64,000 bases of DNA. Origin: Lama guanicoe (Eukaryota). Shown one piece after another: positions 63,875 to 64,000 of the stretch. Each line of letters starts with the position of its first letter. Within the stretch, counting starts at the first letter, position 1. Made by a program: the position numbers and the translations under genes. The DNA lies in NCBI GenBank assembly GCA_013239625.1, contig MU056050.1, positions 7,482,773-7,546,772 on the forward strand, given 5' to 3'. The notes beneath the pieces were generated by a model. It did no database searches and was not told the origin of the DNA. It saw only the letters and a program-made list of their open reading frames with translations.

Positions 63875-64000
63875 AAGACAGAGATGAAGAGAAGGGGAGA
63901 GAGAGTGCACAAGTAAGACAAAAATATATCAGAGAGAGAGAGACATGGAGAGATACAGACAGAGATGGCAAACTGACTAAGATACAGAGAGAGGAAAGAG
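63875..64000. repeat. GA-rich low-complexity tract
   Basis: Directly visible. Confidence 0.8.

Noticed and set aside
1..64000. CRISPR array, prokaryotic operon or novel multi-gene system
   Set aside because: CpG-depleted mammalian repeat-rich DNA; no repeat-spacer array or long non-L1 ORFs

Overview
Mammalian genomic DNA, most likely camelid, judged from three tRNA-derived SINEs resembling camelid Vic-1 and several copies of one young lineage-specific L1 subfamily. I found no host protein-coding exon, RNA gene or CpG island. ORFs with recognisable protein similarity are decayed LINE-1 ORF1/ORF2 pieces. The window is intergenic or deep intronic. Positions 1-41 kb are dominated by nested L1s, MaLR/ERV LTRs and hAT MITEs; 41-64 kb is MIR/L2-rich with short unique islands. 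I see no evidence of a novel multi-gene system. The most notable observations are a long-range inverted repeat of non-transposon sequence (53.5 and 55.0 kb) and several unusual retrotransposition or repair junctions. These are three twin-primed L1s, an L1 with an inverted patch and snap-back hairpin, a possible spliced L1, a short 3' transduction and a near-empty TSD-flanked poly(T) insertion. There is also an ancient CR1/L3 relic with readable RT motifs. Repeat family names are from memory of consensus sequences and need RepeatMasker confirmation. Boundaries of old repeats are approximate.
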